A stretch of 32,000 bases of DNA from Mycolicibacterium smegmatis (GTDB lineage Bacteria > Actinomycetota > Actinomycetes > Mycobacteriales > Mycobacteriaceae). Of this stretch, positions 16,923 to 25,786 are shown in pieces. The position numbers and the translations under genes are program-made. Location: positions 6,930,001-6,962,000 of the forward strand of contig NZ_LN831039.1 in assembly GCF_001457595.1 (NCBI RefSeq), given 5' to 3'. How positions within the stretch are numbered: position 1 is the first letter of the stretch; each line of letters starts with the position of its first letter. The notes beneath the pieces were generated by a model. It ran no database searches. It worked only from the letters and a program-made list of their open reading frames with translations, and was not told the origin of the DNA.

Positions 16923-19001
16923 GTGGCGCTTGTGCCGTTGAATCTCTTTGTCACCCACCGCGGCAGGTCATCCCGCCAGCACATCACGTGCCGCTACCGC
17001 TGCGGCGACGCATGCTCGAAGCCCGCACCCAACACCAGCGACAACGAGTACTTCGGCGACATCGTCGCGCAGATGTCGCGCCGGTCGATGCTGCGTGCCG
17101 CGGGCGTCACGGTGCTGGCCGTCGGGGCGGGGTCCGCACTCGCGGCCTGCGGCGCCGACGAGCAACCCGGCGCCACACCCACCTCGTCGCCGGAGCCCGC
17201 GGCCACGCCACCCGGGTTGAGGTTCGACGCCGTCGCGCCCAATTCCGAAGACGCCGTGATCATTCCGCAGGGGTACCGCCAACAGGTCGTGATCGCCTGG
17301 GGTGACCCCGTCCTGCCGGACGCCCCGCCGTTCGACATCGCCGCACAGACCGCCGACGCGCAACGCAAGCAGTTCGGGTTCAACAACGACTTCGCAGCCC
17401 TCATGCCGATCCCTGGGCAGCGCAACCGGTTTCTGCTCGTGACCAACTTCGAGTACGTCACGCCGCAGTTCATGTTCTCCGGCTACGACCCCGAGGCGCC
17501 CACGCGGGACCAGTTCGACATCGAGATCGCTGCGATGGGCATGGGTGTGGTCGAGGTCGAACGCGCAGGCGATGGCGCACTGCGGCCGGTGATGGGACGC
17601 TACAACCGTCGCATCACCGCCGACACCCCGTTCACGCTCACCGGACCTGCCGCCGGCACCGACTTCGTCAAGACCGCCGCCGATCCCACCGGCCGGACGG
17701 TCGCAGGCACCTTCGCCAACTGTGCCGGCGGCGTGACGCCTTGGGGCACAGTTCTTTCCGGTGAGGAGAACTTCCACGGTTACTTCGGCGCGCCTGCGGA
17801 CGCCCCGGCCCCGAAGCCCGTCGAGGGCGACCGCTTCGACCGCTACGGCATCGAGCTGCAGCCGTCCGAGCTGAGATGGGAGTCGTTCGATCCGCGCTTC
17901 GATCTGACGGTGACGCCGAACGAGGTCAACCGGTTCGGCTATGTCGTCGAGGTCAACCCGTGGGATCCCGGCTCGACCCCGGTCAAACACTCGGCACTGG
18001 GCCGTTTCAAGCACGAGGGTGCCACGATCCACGTCACCGCCGACGGCCGCGTCGTCGCCTACACCGGCGACGACGAACGCTTCGACTACATGTACAAGTT
18101 CGTCGCGGACAAGTCGGTGGCCCCTGGCTGGGAGAACGATCCCGCCGCGATGGCGCACAACATGTCGATTCTCGACGAGGGAACACTCTACGTCGCGAAA
18201 CTGGCCAGCGACATCCCGGCGGAGGAGATCGATGGAAGGGGCAAGCTGCCGTCGTCGGGATCGTTCCGCGGGACGGGCACCTGGATCCCGTTGCTGAGGT
18301 CGGGCCCGGATGGCACCGGTGAATCCCTGGTCGAGGGCATGACCGCCGCCGAGGTGGCGGTGTTCACCCGCTTCGCGGCCGACAAGGCCGGAGCCACGAA
18401 GATGGATCGACCCGAGGACTTCGAGGCCAATCCGCTGACCGGCAAGGTGTACGTCGCGCTGACCAACAACGACAAGCGCGGCACCGACGGCGAACCGGCG
18501 GCCGACGCCGCCAATCCGCGCTCGGAGAACAAGAACGGTCAGATCCTCGAGATCACCGACAACCACACCGGCACCGATTTCACGTGGGACCTGCTGCTGG
18601 TGTGCGGGGACCCCGACGCCGCCGACACGTACTACGCCGGCTTCGACAAGTCGGCGGTGAGCCCCATCTCGTGCCCCGACAACCTGGCCTTCGACCGTCA
18701 CGGGAACCTGTGGATCTCGACCGACGGCAACGCCCTCGGTGCCAACGACGGCCTGTTCGCGGTGGCGCTCGACGGCCCGAATCGCGGTGAGACCAAACAG
18801 TTCCTGTCGGTTCCGCTCGGCGCGGAGACCTGCGGTCCGGTGGTCACCGACGACGTGGTGACGGTCTGCGTGCAACACCCAGGGGAGAGCGACGACCACA
18901 GTCTCGACAACCCGCTGTCGCACTGGCCCGGTGGCGGCACCACCCCGGCGCGGCCCGCGGTGGTCTCGGTGTGGAGACCACAAGGCCAGATCGGCGTATA
19001 G
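16923..19001 (+). CDS. PhoX-like (DUF839) phosphatase, Tat-type signal with lipobox-like LAAC
   Basis: Conserved HITCRYRCGDACSKPAPNTSDNEYFGDIV, Tat-like MSRRSMLRAAGVTVLAVGAGSALAAC, PQGYRQQVVIAWGDP, NRFGYVVEVNPWDPGSTPVKHSALGRFKHEGA, CPDNLAFDRHGNLWISTDG. Confidence 0.88.
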   Translation: MALVPLNLFVTHRGRSSRQHITCRYRCGDACSKPAPNTSDNEYFGDIVAQMSRRSMLRAAGVTVLAVGAGSALAACGADEQPGATPTSSPEPAATPPGLRFDAVAPNSEDAVIIPQGYRQQVVIAWGDPVLPDAPPFDIAAQTADAQRKQFGFNNDFAALMPIPGQRNRFLLVTNFEYVTPQFMFSGYDPEAPTRDQFDIEIAAMGMGVVEVERAGDGALRPVMGRYNRRITADTPFTLTGPAAGTDFVKTAADPTGRTVAGTFANCAGGVTPWGTVLSGEENFHGYFGAPADAPAPKPVEGDRFDRYGIELQPSELRWESFDPRFDLTVTPNEVNRFGYVVEVNPWDPGSTPVKHSALGRFKHEGATIHVTADGRVVAYTGDDERFDYMYKFVADKSVAPGWENDPAAMAHNMSILDEGTLYVAKLASDIPAEEIDGRGKLPSSGSFRGTGTWIPLLRSGPDGTGESLVEGMTAAEVAVFTRFAADKAGATKMDRPEDFEANPLTGKVYVALTNNDKRGTDGEPAADAANPRSENKNGQILEITDNHTGTDFTWDLLLVCGDPDAADTYYAGFDKSAVSPISCPDNLAFDRHGNLWISTDGNALGANDGLFAVALDGPNRGETKQFLSVPLGAETCGPVVTDDVVTVCVQHPGESDDHSLDNPLSHWPGGGTTPARPAVVSVWRPQGQIGV

Positions 19002-19025
19002 CCGATGACGTCGCGGTGACGCGGC

Positions 19026-19031
19026 TACGCT
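19026..19031 (+). promoter_or_regulatory. Candidate -10 TACGCT, 7 nt before ATG 19039 (leaderless)
   Basis: TACGCT-CGCACAG-ATG. Confidence 0.5.
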
Positions 19032-19038
19032 CGCACAG

Positions 19039-19836
19039 ATGACTTCGCCTATTCGCATAGGGGTGCAACTGCAGCCCCAACACTCGCCCGAATACCGTTT
19101 CATCCGCGATGCGGTGCGCCGCTGTGAGGACATCGGCGTCGACATCGCGTTCAACTGGGACCACTTCTTCCCGCTCTACGGCGATCCCGACGGCGCGCAC
19201 TACGAGTGCTGGACCATGCTCGGGGCGTGGGCCGAGCAGACGTCACGCATCGAGATCGGCGCACTGGTCACCTGCAACTCCTACCGCAACCCGGAACTGC
19301 TCGCCGACATGGCCCGCACGGTCGACCACATCTCCGACGGCAGGCTCATCCTCGGTATCGGAAGTGGTTGGAAGCAAAAGGATTACGACGAGTACGGCTA
19401 CGAGTTCGGCACCGCAGGCAGCCGGCTGGACGACCTGGCCGCGGCGCTGCCCCGCATCCGCGCGCGGCTGGACAAGCTCAACCCGGCGCCGACACGTGAG
19501 ATCCCGATCCTGATCGGCGGGCAGGGCGAGCGCAAGACCCTTCCCCTGGTGGCCGAGCACGCCCACATCTGGCACGCGTTCGTCGACCGCAACACCTATC
19601 CGGGCAAGGCCGAGGTGCTCGACTCGCACTGCGAAAGCGTGGGCCGCGATGCCGCGTCCATCGAACGGTCGGCCGGTGTGCAGTCCGACGGCGGCATCGA
19701 GGCGATGCTGGCCGAGGCCGACGCGCTGGCCGATCTCGGCGTGACGATCCTGACCGTCGGCGCGAACGGTCCCGACTACGATCTGACGGCCGCCGAGGCA
19801 CTGTGCCGCTGGCGTGACGGACGTCACGCGAACTGA
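19039..19836 (+). CDS. LLM-class F420-dependent oxidoreductase (Rv0044c-like)
   Basis: RIGVQLQPQHSPEYRFIRDAVRRCEDIGVDIAFNWDHFFPLYGDPDG, RLILGIGSGWKQKDYDEYGYEFG, IPILIGGQGERKTLPLVAEHA. Confidence 0.92.
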   Translation: MTSPIRIGVQLQPQHSPEYRFIRDAVRRCEDIGVDIAFNWDHFFPLYGDPDGAHYECWTMLGAWAEQTSRIEIGALVTCNSYRNPELLADMARTVDHISDGRLILGIGSGWKQKDYDEYGYEFGTAGSRLDDLAAALPRIRARLDKLNPAPTREIPILIGGQGERKTLPLVAEHAHIWHAFVDRNTYPGKAEVLDSHCESVGRDAASIERSAGVQSDGGIEAMLAEADALADLGVTILTVGANGPDYDLTAAEALCRWRDGRHAN

Positions 19837-19849
19837 TTAACGGCGTTAA
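19837..19849. promoter_or_regulatory. Palindrome TTAACG-G-CGTTAA, candidate GntR-family operator
   Basis: Perfect 6-bp inverted repeat directly after the oxidoreductase stop, 75 bp before the GntR start. Confidence 0.35.
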
Positions 19850-19878
19850 CGACTTGCCCCTCCCCGCAGGTCCACGCA

Positions 19879-19908
19879 TGCGAAAATCAGCGAATCGATT
19901 TTTTCGCA
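19879..19908. promoter_or_regulatory. Inverted repeat TGCGAAAA-N14-TTTTCGCA upstream of the GntR gene
   Basis: Perfect 8-bp arms ending 16 bp before GTG 19925. Confidence 0.35.
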
Positions 19909-19924
19909 GGGGGGCCAGCGCGAG

Positions 19925-20590
19925 GTGCCGAAGAAGTATGGGGTCAAAGAGAAAGACCAGGTGGTCAGCCACATCATCAACCTGATGATGACGGGCAAAC
20001 TCCGGACGGGGGACCGGATCGACCGCAACGAGATCGTCCGCGATCTCGGGCTCAGCCGCGTGCCCATCCAGGAGGCCGTCGTGCAACTCGAACACGACGG
20101 CATCCTGTCCACGCGATATCACCGCGGCGCCTTCGTCGCCCGCTTCGACGAGGCCACGGTCGCCGAACACCATGAGCTGTACGGGATTCTCAACGGCATC
20201 TCCTCGGCGCGCTGCGCGGCCAACCCGACGCCGCGGATCCTCGCGCAACTCGAGGAGTCGTTGCGGATCATGCACGCCGCCAAGGACGTCAAGACGTTCC
20301 AGGACAACTGCTGGGTGTTCCGCAACACGATCAACGACGAGTACGCGGGCCCGCGCCTGCAGGCCACGATCCGCGCCGGCGAGAGCTTCGCACCGTCGGA
20401 CTTCTGGACGGGCTACACACCGTCCAAGACCGAGTTCCTGCCCACCTACGACGACGAGTTCGCGGCCATCCGCGACCGCGACCCCGAGAACGCCCGCAAG
20501 GCGTGCATGCACCGGTCCGAGATCATGTCGAGGATCATGATCGCCGAGCTCACCCGCCGAGGTGTGTTCGGTGAACTGCGCTCTCCATAG
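19925..20590 (+). CDS. GntR-family (FCD-type) transcriptional regulator (Rv0043c-like)
   Basis: [49 protein letters not shown] is the GntR wHTH; alpha-helical C-terminal domain. Confidence 0.92.
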   Translation: MPKKYGVKEKDQVVSHIINLMMTGKLRTGDRIDRNEIVRDLGLSRVPIQEAVVQLEHDGILSTRYHRGAFVARFDEATVAEHHELYGILNGISSARCAANPTPRILAQLEESLRIMHAAKDVKTFQDNCWVFRNTINDEYAGPRLQATIRAGESFAPSDFWTGYTPSKTEFLPTYDDEFAAIRDRDPENARKACMHRSEIMSRIMIAELTRRGVFGELRSP

Positions 20591-20623
20591 CCTCGAATCC
20601 CGCACCGAGGCGTCGTCTCGCAT

Positions 20624-20629
20624 TAGGTT
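20624..20629 (+). promoter_or_regulatory. Candidate -10 TAGGTT, 7 nt before ATG 20637 (leaderless)
   Basis: TAGGTT-GCTTTAG-ATG. Confidence 0.5.
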
Positions 20630-20636
20630 GCTTTAG

Positions 20637-22409
20637 ATGAGCGTCAGACGACTCGCGGCGCTGCTGGCATCGACCCTGATGGTGATGGGGCTGGTACTGG
20701 CGGGCCCGGCCAGCGCCGATGTCGACCAGTGCGCACCACCGGGCATCGACAGCGCCAGCGCGCTGCCCACCAACCTGGCGGCCGCGGCCGCCGGTCCCGA
20801 CGCCGACAGGTACACGACGCCGACGGTCAAACCGCTTCAGGACATCCGGGTCGACCAGCTCGGGCTGTCGACACCCGGTGTCCTGACCGTCGGCACCCTC
20901 TCCGATGCGCCGCCGAGCATCTGCATCGACTCGGCCGGGCAGTTCACCGGGTTCGACAACGAACTGCTGCGCGCCGTCGCCGACAAGCTCGGCCTGCGCG
21001 TCGACTTCGTCGGCACCGAGTTCTCGGGCCTGCTCGCGCAGACCGCGTCGCGGCGCTTCGACGTCGCGTCGTCGTCGATCACCACCACCGATGCGCGCAG
21101 GCGCACCGTGGGTTTCACCAACGGCTACGACTTCGGCTACTTCTCGCTGGTGGTGCCGACCGGTTCGCCGATCACGGGGTTCGACCAGCTCGGACCCGGG
21201 CAGCGTATCGGCGTCGTGCAGGGCACCGTGCAGGAGTCCTACGTGATCGACACCCTGCACCTCGAACCCGTGAAGTACCCCGACTACAACACCGTCTACG
21301 CGAGCCTCAAGACACGCCAGATCGATGCGTGGGTCGCGCCGTCGCAGCAGGCGTCGGGCACCGTGCAGCCGGGCGATCCGGCGCAGATCATCGAAAACAC
21401 CTTCAGTCTGGACAATTTCGTGGCCTGGGCGGTCGCGAGGGAGAACCAGCCGCTCATCGACGCGCTGAACTCTGGTCTCGACGCGATCATCGCCGACGGG
21501 ACGTGGGCCCGGCTCTACACCGACTGGGTACCGCGCGCCCTGCCGCCCGGCTGGAAACCCGGCTCCAAGGCCGCGCCGGAACCCCAGCTGCCCGATTTCA
21601 ACGCGATCGCCGCGGCCCGCGAGGAACCCGAGGACACCGGGCCGGTCGGACCGAAATCCGTGCTGTCGCAACTCGCGGACTCGTTCCTCGACTGGGACCT
21701 GTACAAGCAGGCCGTCCCCGACCTGCTCAAGACCGGCCTGCCCAACACCCTGATCCTGACCGTCAGCGCGGGCATCATCGGCCTGGTGCTCGGCATGGGC
21801 CTGGCCATGGCGGGAATCTCGCGCGCGGTGTGGCTGCGATGGCCCGCCCGCATCTACACCGACATCTTCCGCGGCCTGCCCGAGGTGGTGATCATCCTGC
21901 TGATCGGGCTCGGTGTCGGGCCGATCGTCGGCCACCTGACCGGCAACAACCCGTACCCTCTGGGCATCGCGGCGCTCGGGTTGATGGCCGCGGCCTACAT
22001 CGGGGAGATCTTCCGCTCGGGCATCCAGAGCGTGGAGGCCGGCCAACTGGAAGCCGCACGCGCACTGGGGTTCAGCTACCGCTCGTCGATGCGCCTGGTC
22101 GTGGTGCCCCAGGGTGTCCGGCGCGTGCTGCCCGCGTTGATGAACCAGTTCATCTCGCTGCTGAAGGCGTCGTCGCTGGTGTACTTCCTCGGCCTGATCG
22201 CCAACCAGCGTGAACTGTTCCAGGTGGGCCGAGACCTCAACGCGCAGACCGGAAATCTGTCGCCGCTCGTCGCGGCAGGCCTGTTCTACCTGATGCTGAC
22301 CATCCCGCTGACACACCTGGTGAACTACATCGACAACCGGCTGCGGCGGGGCCGGCCCGCGACCGAGGAAGATCCGGTACCGCCGGCCGCCACCCAGGAG
22401 ATGATCTGA
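20637..22409 (+). CDS. Amino-acid ABC transporter: fused substrate-binding protein and permease
   Basis: Signal peptide then PBP3-type domain (LTVG-like VLTVGTLSDAPPSICID...FTGFDNELLRAVADKLGL); C-terminal HisM/GlnP-like permease with GLPNTLILTVSAGIIGLVLG, DIFRGLPEVVIILL, AAYIGEIFRSGIQSVEAGQLEAARALGFS. Confidence 0.93.
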   Translation: MSVRRLAALLASTLMVMGLVLAGPASADVDQCAPPGIDSASALPTNLAAAAAGPDADRYTTPTVKPLQDIRVDQLGLSTPGVLTVGTLSDAPPSICIDSAGQFTGFDNELLRAVADKLGLRVDFVGTEFSGLLAQTASRRFDVASSSITTTDARRRTVGFTNGYDFGYFSLVVPTGSPITGFDQLGPGQRIGVVQGTVQESYVIDTLHLEPVKYPDYNTVYASLKTRQIDAWVAPSQQASGTVQPGDPAQIIENTFSLDNFVAWAVARENQPLIDALNSGLDAIIADGTWARLYTDWVPRALPPGWKPGSKAAPEPQLPDFNAIAAAREEPEDTGPVGPKSVLSQLADSFLDWDLYKQAVPDLLKTGLPNTLILTVSAGIIGLVLGMGLAMAGISRAVWLRWPARIYTDIFRGLPEVVIILLIGLGVGPIVGHLTGNNPYPLGIAALGLMAAAYIGEIFRSGIQSVEAGQLEAARALGFSYRSSMRLVVVPQGVRRVLPALMNQFISLLKASSLVYFLGLIANQRELFQVGRDLNAQTGNLSPLVAAGLFYLMLTIPLTHLVNYIDNRLRRGRPATEEDPVPPAATQEMI

Positions 22410-23146
22410 TGCCGGCTCCCGACGCGGTCTCCTTGACCGCCACGAACATTCACCTGGCATTCGGCCCCAACAAGGTGCTGCGCGGTGTCGACCTCGACGT
22501 GCCCGCCGGGACCACCACGGCGGTCATCGGCCCCTCCGGATCGGGCAAGTCCACGCTGCTGCGCACGCTGAACCGCCTGTACGAACCCGACGAGGGTGAT
22601 GTCCTGCTGGACGGACGATCGGTGTTGCGCGACAACCCGGATCAACTGCGTCAGCGCATCGGCATGGTGTTCCAGCAGTTCAACCTCTTCCCCCACCGCA
22701 GCGTTCTCGACAACGTCACGCTGGGCCCGCGCAGGCTCAAAGGGCTGGGCGCCGACGACGCGCGCGAACTGGGTCTGGCGCAACTCGACCGGGTTGGGTT
22801 GCGGCACAAGGCCGATGTGCGGCCTGGCACGTTGTCTGGCGGTCAACAGCAGCGCGTCGCGATCGCCCGCGCGCTCGCGATGGCACCACAGGTGATGTTC
22901 TTCGACGAGGCCACCTCGGCGCTCGACCCGGAACTGGTCAAGGGCATCCTGAGCCTGATGGCCGATCTCGCCGCGGACGGCATGACCATCGTCGCTGTCA
23001 CACACGAGATGGGGTTCGCGCGGTCGACGGCAAATACTGTCGTGTTCATGGACCAGGGCCGCGTTGTCGAGTCCGGCGAGCCCGATCAACTCTTCGAAGC
23101 AGCGGAAACAGATCGCCTGCGCCGCTTCTTGTCCCAGGTTCTGTGA
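22409..23146 (+). CDS. Amino-acid ABC transporter ATP-binding protein (GlnQ-like)
   Basis: Walker A GPSGSGKST, signature LSGGQQQRVAIARALAM, Walker B VMFFDEATSALDPE; TGATG overlap with the fused SBP-permease. Confidence 0.95.
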   Translation: MPAPDAVSLTATNIHLAFGPNKVLRGVDLDVPAGTTTAVIGPSGSGKSTLLRTLNRLYEPDEGDVLLDGRSVLRDNPDQLRQRIGMVFQQFNLFPHRSVLDNVTLGPRRLKGLGADDARELGLAQLDRVGLRHKADVRPGTLSGGQQQRVAIARALAMAPQVMFFDEATSALDPELVKGILSLMADLAADGMTIVAVTHEMGFARSTANTVVFMDQGRVVESGEPDQLFEAAETDRLRRFLSQVL

Positions 23147-23196
23147 ATCAATCGGGCAAACCTGGCAAGCAGCTCACCCTACCGGCGCAGACAGGT

Positions 23197-23202
23197 TAGA
23201 CT
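23197..23202 (+). promoter_or_regulatory. Candidate -10 TAGACT, 8 nt before ATG 23211 (leaderless or near-leaderless)
   Basis: TAGACT-GGCGAACT-ATG. Confidence 0.5.
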
Positions 23203-23210
23203 GGCGAACT

Positions 23211-23711
23211 ATGGCAGAGACCGAACCGCAGGTCACCGAGCTGGCTGGAGAGCTGCAACGCGTTCTCTCCAAAGTCTTCTCGGTGCTGCGCCGCGGCGAC
23301 ACACATCGCGGCACCGCCGGCGACCTGACGTTGGCCCAGCTGTCGATCCTGTTGACCCTCCTGGAGGGCGGGCCGATCCGCATGACCGAGCTCGCGGCCC
23401 GCGAGCGCGTCCGTACGCCCACCACCACCGTCGCGATCCGCCGCCTGGAGAAACTCGGTCTGGTCAAGCGTTCGCGCGACCCCTCTGACCTGCGCGCCGT
23501 GCTGGTCGACGTCACGCCGCAGGGCCTGGTGCAGCACCGCGAGTCACTGGCCGCCCGACGCGCCGACCTCGCCGAACGACTCAGCAAGCTCAGCGACGAG
23601 GATCTCGCGACCCTCGCCAGGGCCCTCGGGCCGCTGGAACGCCTCGCCGGGCAGGACGAGGACAAGAAGAACGAACGCGAGACGCCCAAACCCGCCGAAC
23701 AGACCAGCTAG
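23211..23711 (+). CDS. MarR-family transcriptional regulator (Rv0042c-like)
   Basis: LTLAQLSILLTLLEGGPIRMTELAARERVRTPTTTVAIRRLEKLGLVKRSRDPSDLRAVLVDVTPQG is a MarR wHTH. Start ATG 23211 instead of the track start 23064, which overlaps the ABC gene. Confidence 0.92.
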   Translation: MAETEPQVTELAGELQRVLSKVFSVLRRGDTHRGTAGDLTLAQLSILLTLLEGGPIRMTELAARERVRTPTTTVAIRRLEKLGLVKRSRDPSDLRAVLVDVTPQGLVQHRESLAARRADLAERLSKLSDEDLATLARALGPLERLAGQDEDKKNERETPKPAEQTS

Positions 23712-23719
23712 GTGCCGGG

Positions 23720-25060
23720 CTAACCCAGCCAGTCCAGCACGGCCGCGGCGGTCCAGGACTGCTGCATGCTGCCCAGCGGTTCACCCGTGAACGGCTCGTA
23801 GTACTCGGCGAACGTGCCGTCGCTGGCCTGCCGCAGGCCCTCCTGCCGCAGCAGGCGCGCCCGCTCGGCCCAGCCACGGCGCGCGAAACACCACGAGAAC
23901 AGCCAGGTCATGACCGGCCACACCGGGCCGCGCCAGTACTCGCGCGGACGGAAATCGCGCGACACGGGTGACGTCGACGGGATGACGCTGTACCGCAGAT
24001 CCGGGTGGCCGCAGAACCGCGGGCCCTCCAGGCGCTTGATCAGCGTCCGCTCCTTGTCGTGCGGCAACCCGCCGCACAACAGCGGCGCGAACTGCGCCAC
24101 GGTCTCGGTGGCCACCCATCTGCCCGCGCGCACGTCGAAATCCCTTGCCGCGCCGGTGCGGTCGTCGGTCGAATCGATCACGCCGGCCCGGAACCGGTCG
24201 GCCCACGCGTACAGATCCCGCACATCGGCGTGCGGGCGTTTGTGGTCCTCACCGATCTCGGCCAGCACCTGGCAGGCCACCGAGAAGATGGCCGAGACGA
24301 ACACGTCCTCGACCGCGAAGCTCATCACCTTCGGCAGCAGATCGTCGTCGTAGCGAACCGATTTCATCTCCTCGAGCAGCCACAGGTACCGGTCGTACTC
24401 GAGGTCGCTGGGCCGCTGCGTCGCGTCGGTGACGATGGTGTTGTCCTCGCGCTGGTACTCGGGCACGTTGCCGGGAACCACGTTGGCGTAGGCGCTGTCC
24501 CAGCGCGGTGAGTTGTCCATGCCGGACTCCCAGCCGTGGTACAGCGTGATCCGTCCGTGGCCGTCCGGATCGCGCTTCTCGGCCAGCCACCGGTGCCAGC
24601 GCACCAGATCGCTCCAGCGCCGGTCCAGGAAGGCCGCGGCCACCGCGCGAGTCGAGCGGCCCCGGTTGCGCGCCTGGTCGAGGATGCGTTGCACCGCGAT
24701 GGCGTGCACGGGCGGTTGCGTGATGCCCGAGGTGTGCCGGATGCGCGGCGCGTTCGCCGCGAGCGCCTGTGTCGCCCAGCGGGCCGGGCCGGGGAAGTAC
24801 CCGTCGACGCCGTTGGCGAACACGATGTGCGGGATCATCCCGTTGCGCCACTGCGCCGACAACAGGGTGTCGAGTTCGACGACGGCGCGCTCGACGCTCA
24901 GCGGCGCAAGGCCGATCGCGACGAACGCCGCGTCCCAACTCCACATGTGCGGGTACAGCAGGGGCGCGGCCGTGGTCATGGTGCCCAGGTCGTTACCGCG
25001 CAGCAGATACGCGGCGCGGGCAGCAAGTTGTGTCGGCGCGAAGCTCGGATCGGGTGGCAT
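23720..25060 (-). CDS. ggh: GH63-type (alpha/alpha)6 glycoside hydrolase, probable glucosylglycerate/mannosylglycerate hydrolase
   Basis: LLYPHMWSWDAAFVAIGL, QWRNGMIPHIVFANGVDGYFPGP, YHGWESGMDNSPRWDSAY, YWRGPVWPVMTWLFSW, AEYYEPFTGEPLGSMQQSWTAAA. ATG at 25060; the upstream track extension overlaps the divergent SDR. Confidence 0.82.
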   Translation of the reverse strand: MPPDPSFAPTQLAARAAYLLRGNDLGTMTTAAPLLYPHMWSWDAAFVAIGLAPLSVERAVVELDTLLSAQWRNGMIPHIVFANGVDGYFPGPARWATQALAANAPRIRHTSGITQPPVHAIAVQRILDQARNRGRSTRAVAAAFLDRRWSDLVRWHRWLAEKRDPDGHGRITLYHGWESGMDNSPRWDSAYANVVPGNVPEYQREDNTIVTDATQRPSDLEYDRYLWLLEEMKSVRYDDDLLPKVMSFAVEDVFVSAIFSVACQVLAEIGEDHKRPHADVRDLYAWADRFRAGVIDSTDDRTGAARDFDVRAGRWVATETVAQFAPLLCGGLPHDKERTLIKRLEGPRFCGHPDLRYSVIPSTSPVSRDFRPREYWRGPVWPVMTWLFSWCFARRGWAERARLLRQEGLRQASDGTFAEYYEPFTGEPLGSMQQSWTAAAVLDWLG

Positions 25061-25101
25061 CGCTACCATCATGCGACGCCGGGGCCGAAGTTGCAGGTCG
25101 G

Positions 25102-25107
25102 TAGGCT
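25102..25107 (+). promoter_or_regulatory. Candidate -10 TAGGCT, 7 nt before GTG 25115 (leaderless)
   Basis: TAGGCT-TGTCGGC-GTG. Confidence 0.5.
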
Positions 25108-25114
25108 TGTCGGC

Positions 25115-25780
25115 GTGCCGACCGCGCTGATCACCGGAGCGAGCGGGGCCATCGGTTCGGCCATCGCCGCTGCCCTCGCCCCCACCCACACCCTGTTGCT
25201 GGCGGGTCGCCCGTCGGCCCGGCTCGACGAGGTCGCCGAACGCCTGGGCGCCCCGACCTGGCCACTCGACCTCACCGACGCCGATTCGATCGAGTCGAGC
25301 ACCGAGGTGCTCGCCGAACTCGACGTGCTGGTGCACAACGCGGGGGTGCTGTTCCCGGGCCGCGTCGGCGAATCCACGGCCGACGAGTGGCGTGCGTCGT
25401 TCGAGGTGAACGTCACAGGTGCCGTCGCGCTGACGCTGGCGTTGCTGCCTGCGTTGCGCGCCGCGCGCGGGCACGTCGTGTTCATCAATTCAGGTGCGGG
25501 GCGCAACGTGTCGGCGGGCATGGCCTCGTACTCGGCGAGCAAGTTCGCGCTGCGCGCGTTCGCCGACTCACTGCGCGCCGATGAACCGTCGCTGCGGGTC
25601 ACCTCGGTGTTCCCGGGGCGCACCGATTCGGACATGCAGCGCGAACTGATCGCCTACGAGGGCCGCGAGTACGACCCCGGCAGTTTCCTGCGGCCCGAGA
25701 CCGTCGCGGGGCTGGTGGCCTCGGCCGTCAACACCCCACGCGACGGCCACGTCCACGAGATCGTGGTCCGCCCGGGCTAG
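25115..25780 (+). CDS. Short-chain dehydrogenase/reductase
   Basis: VPTALITGASGAIGSAIAAALA, VLVHNAGVLFPG, YSASKFALRAFADSLRADEP. GTG 25115 instead of the track start at 24536. Confidence 0.9.
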   Translation: MPTALITGASGAIGSAIAAALAPTHTLLLAGRPSARLDEVAERLGAPTWPLDLTDADSIESSTEVLAELDVLVHNAGVLFPGRVGESTADEWRASFEVNVTGAVALTLALLPALRAARGHVVFINSGAGRNVSAGMASYSASKFALRAFADSLRADEPSLRVTSVFPGRTDSDMQRELIAYEGREYDPGSFLRPETVAGLVASAVNTPRDGHVHEIVVRPG

Positions 25781-25786
25781 ACCCGG

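Noticed and set aside
16968-19154. 728-aa minus-strand ORF opposite the PhoX-like gene
   Set aside because: Shadow ORF, longer than the real gene but without any protein family features.
19478-22460. Long minus-strand ORFs 19478-20623 and 20550-22460, and plus-strand 20729-22213
   Set aside because: They overlap the well-supported oxidoreductase, GntR and ABC genes and have low-complexity Arg/Ala-rich translations.
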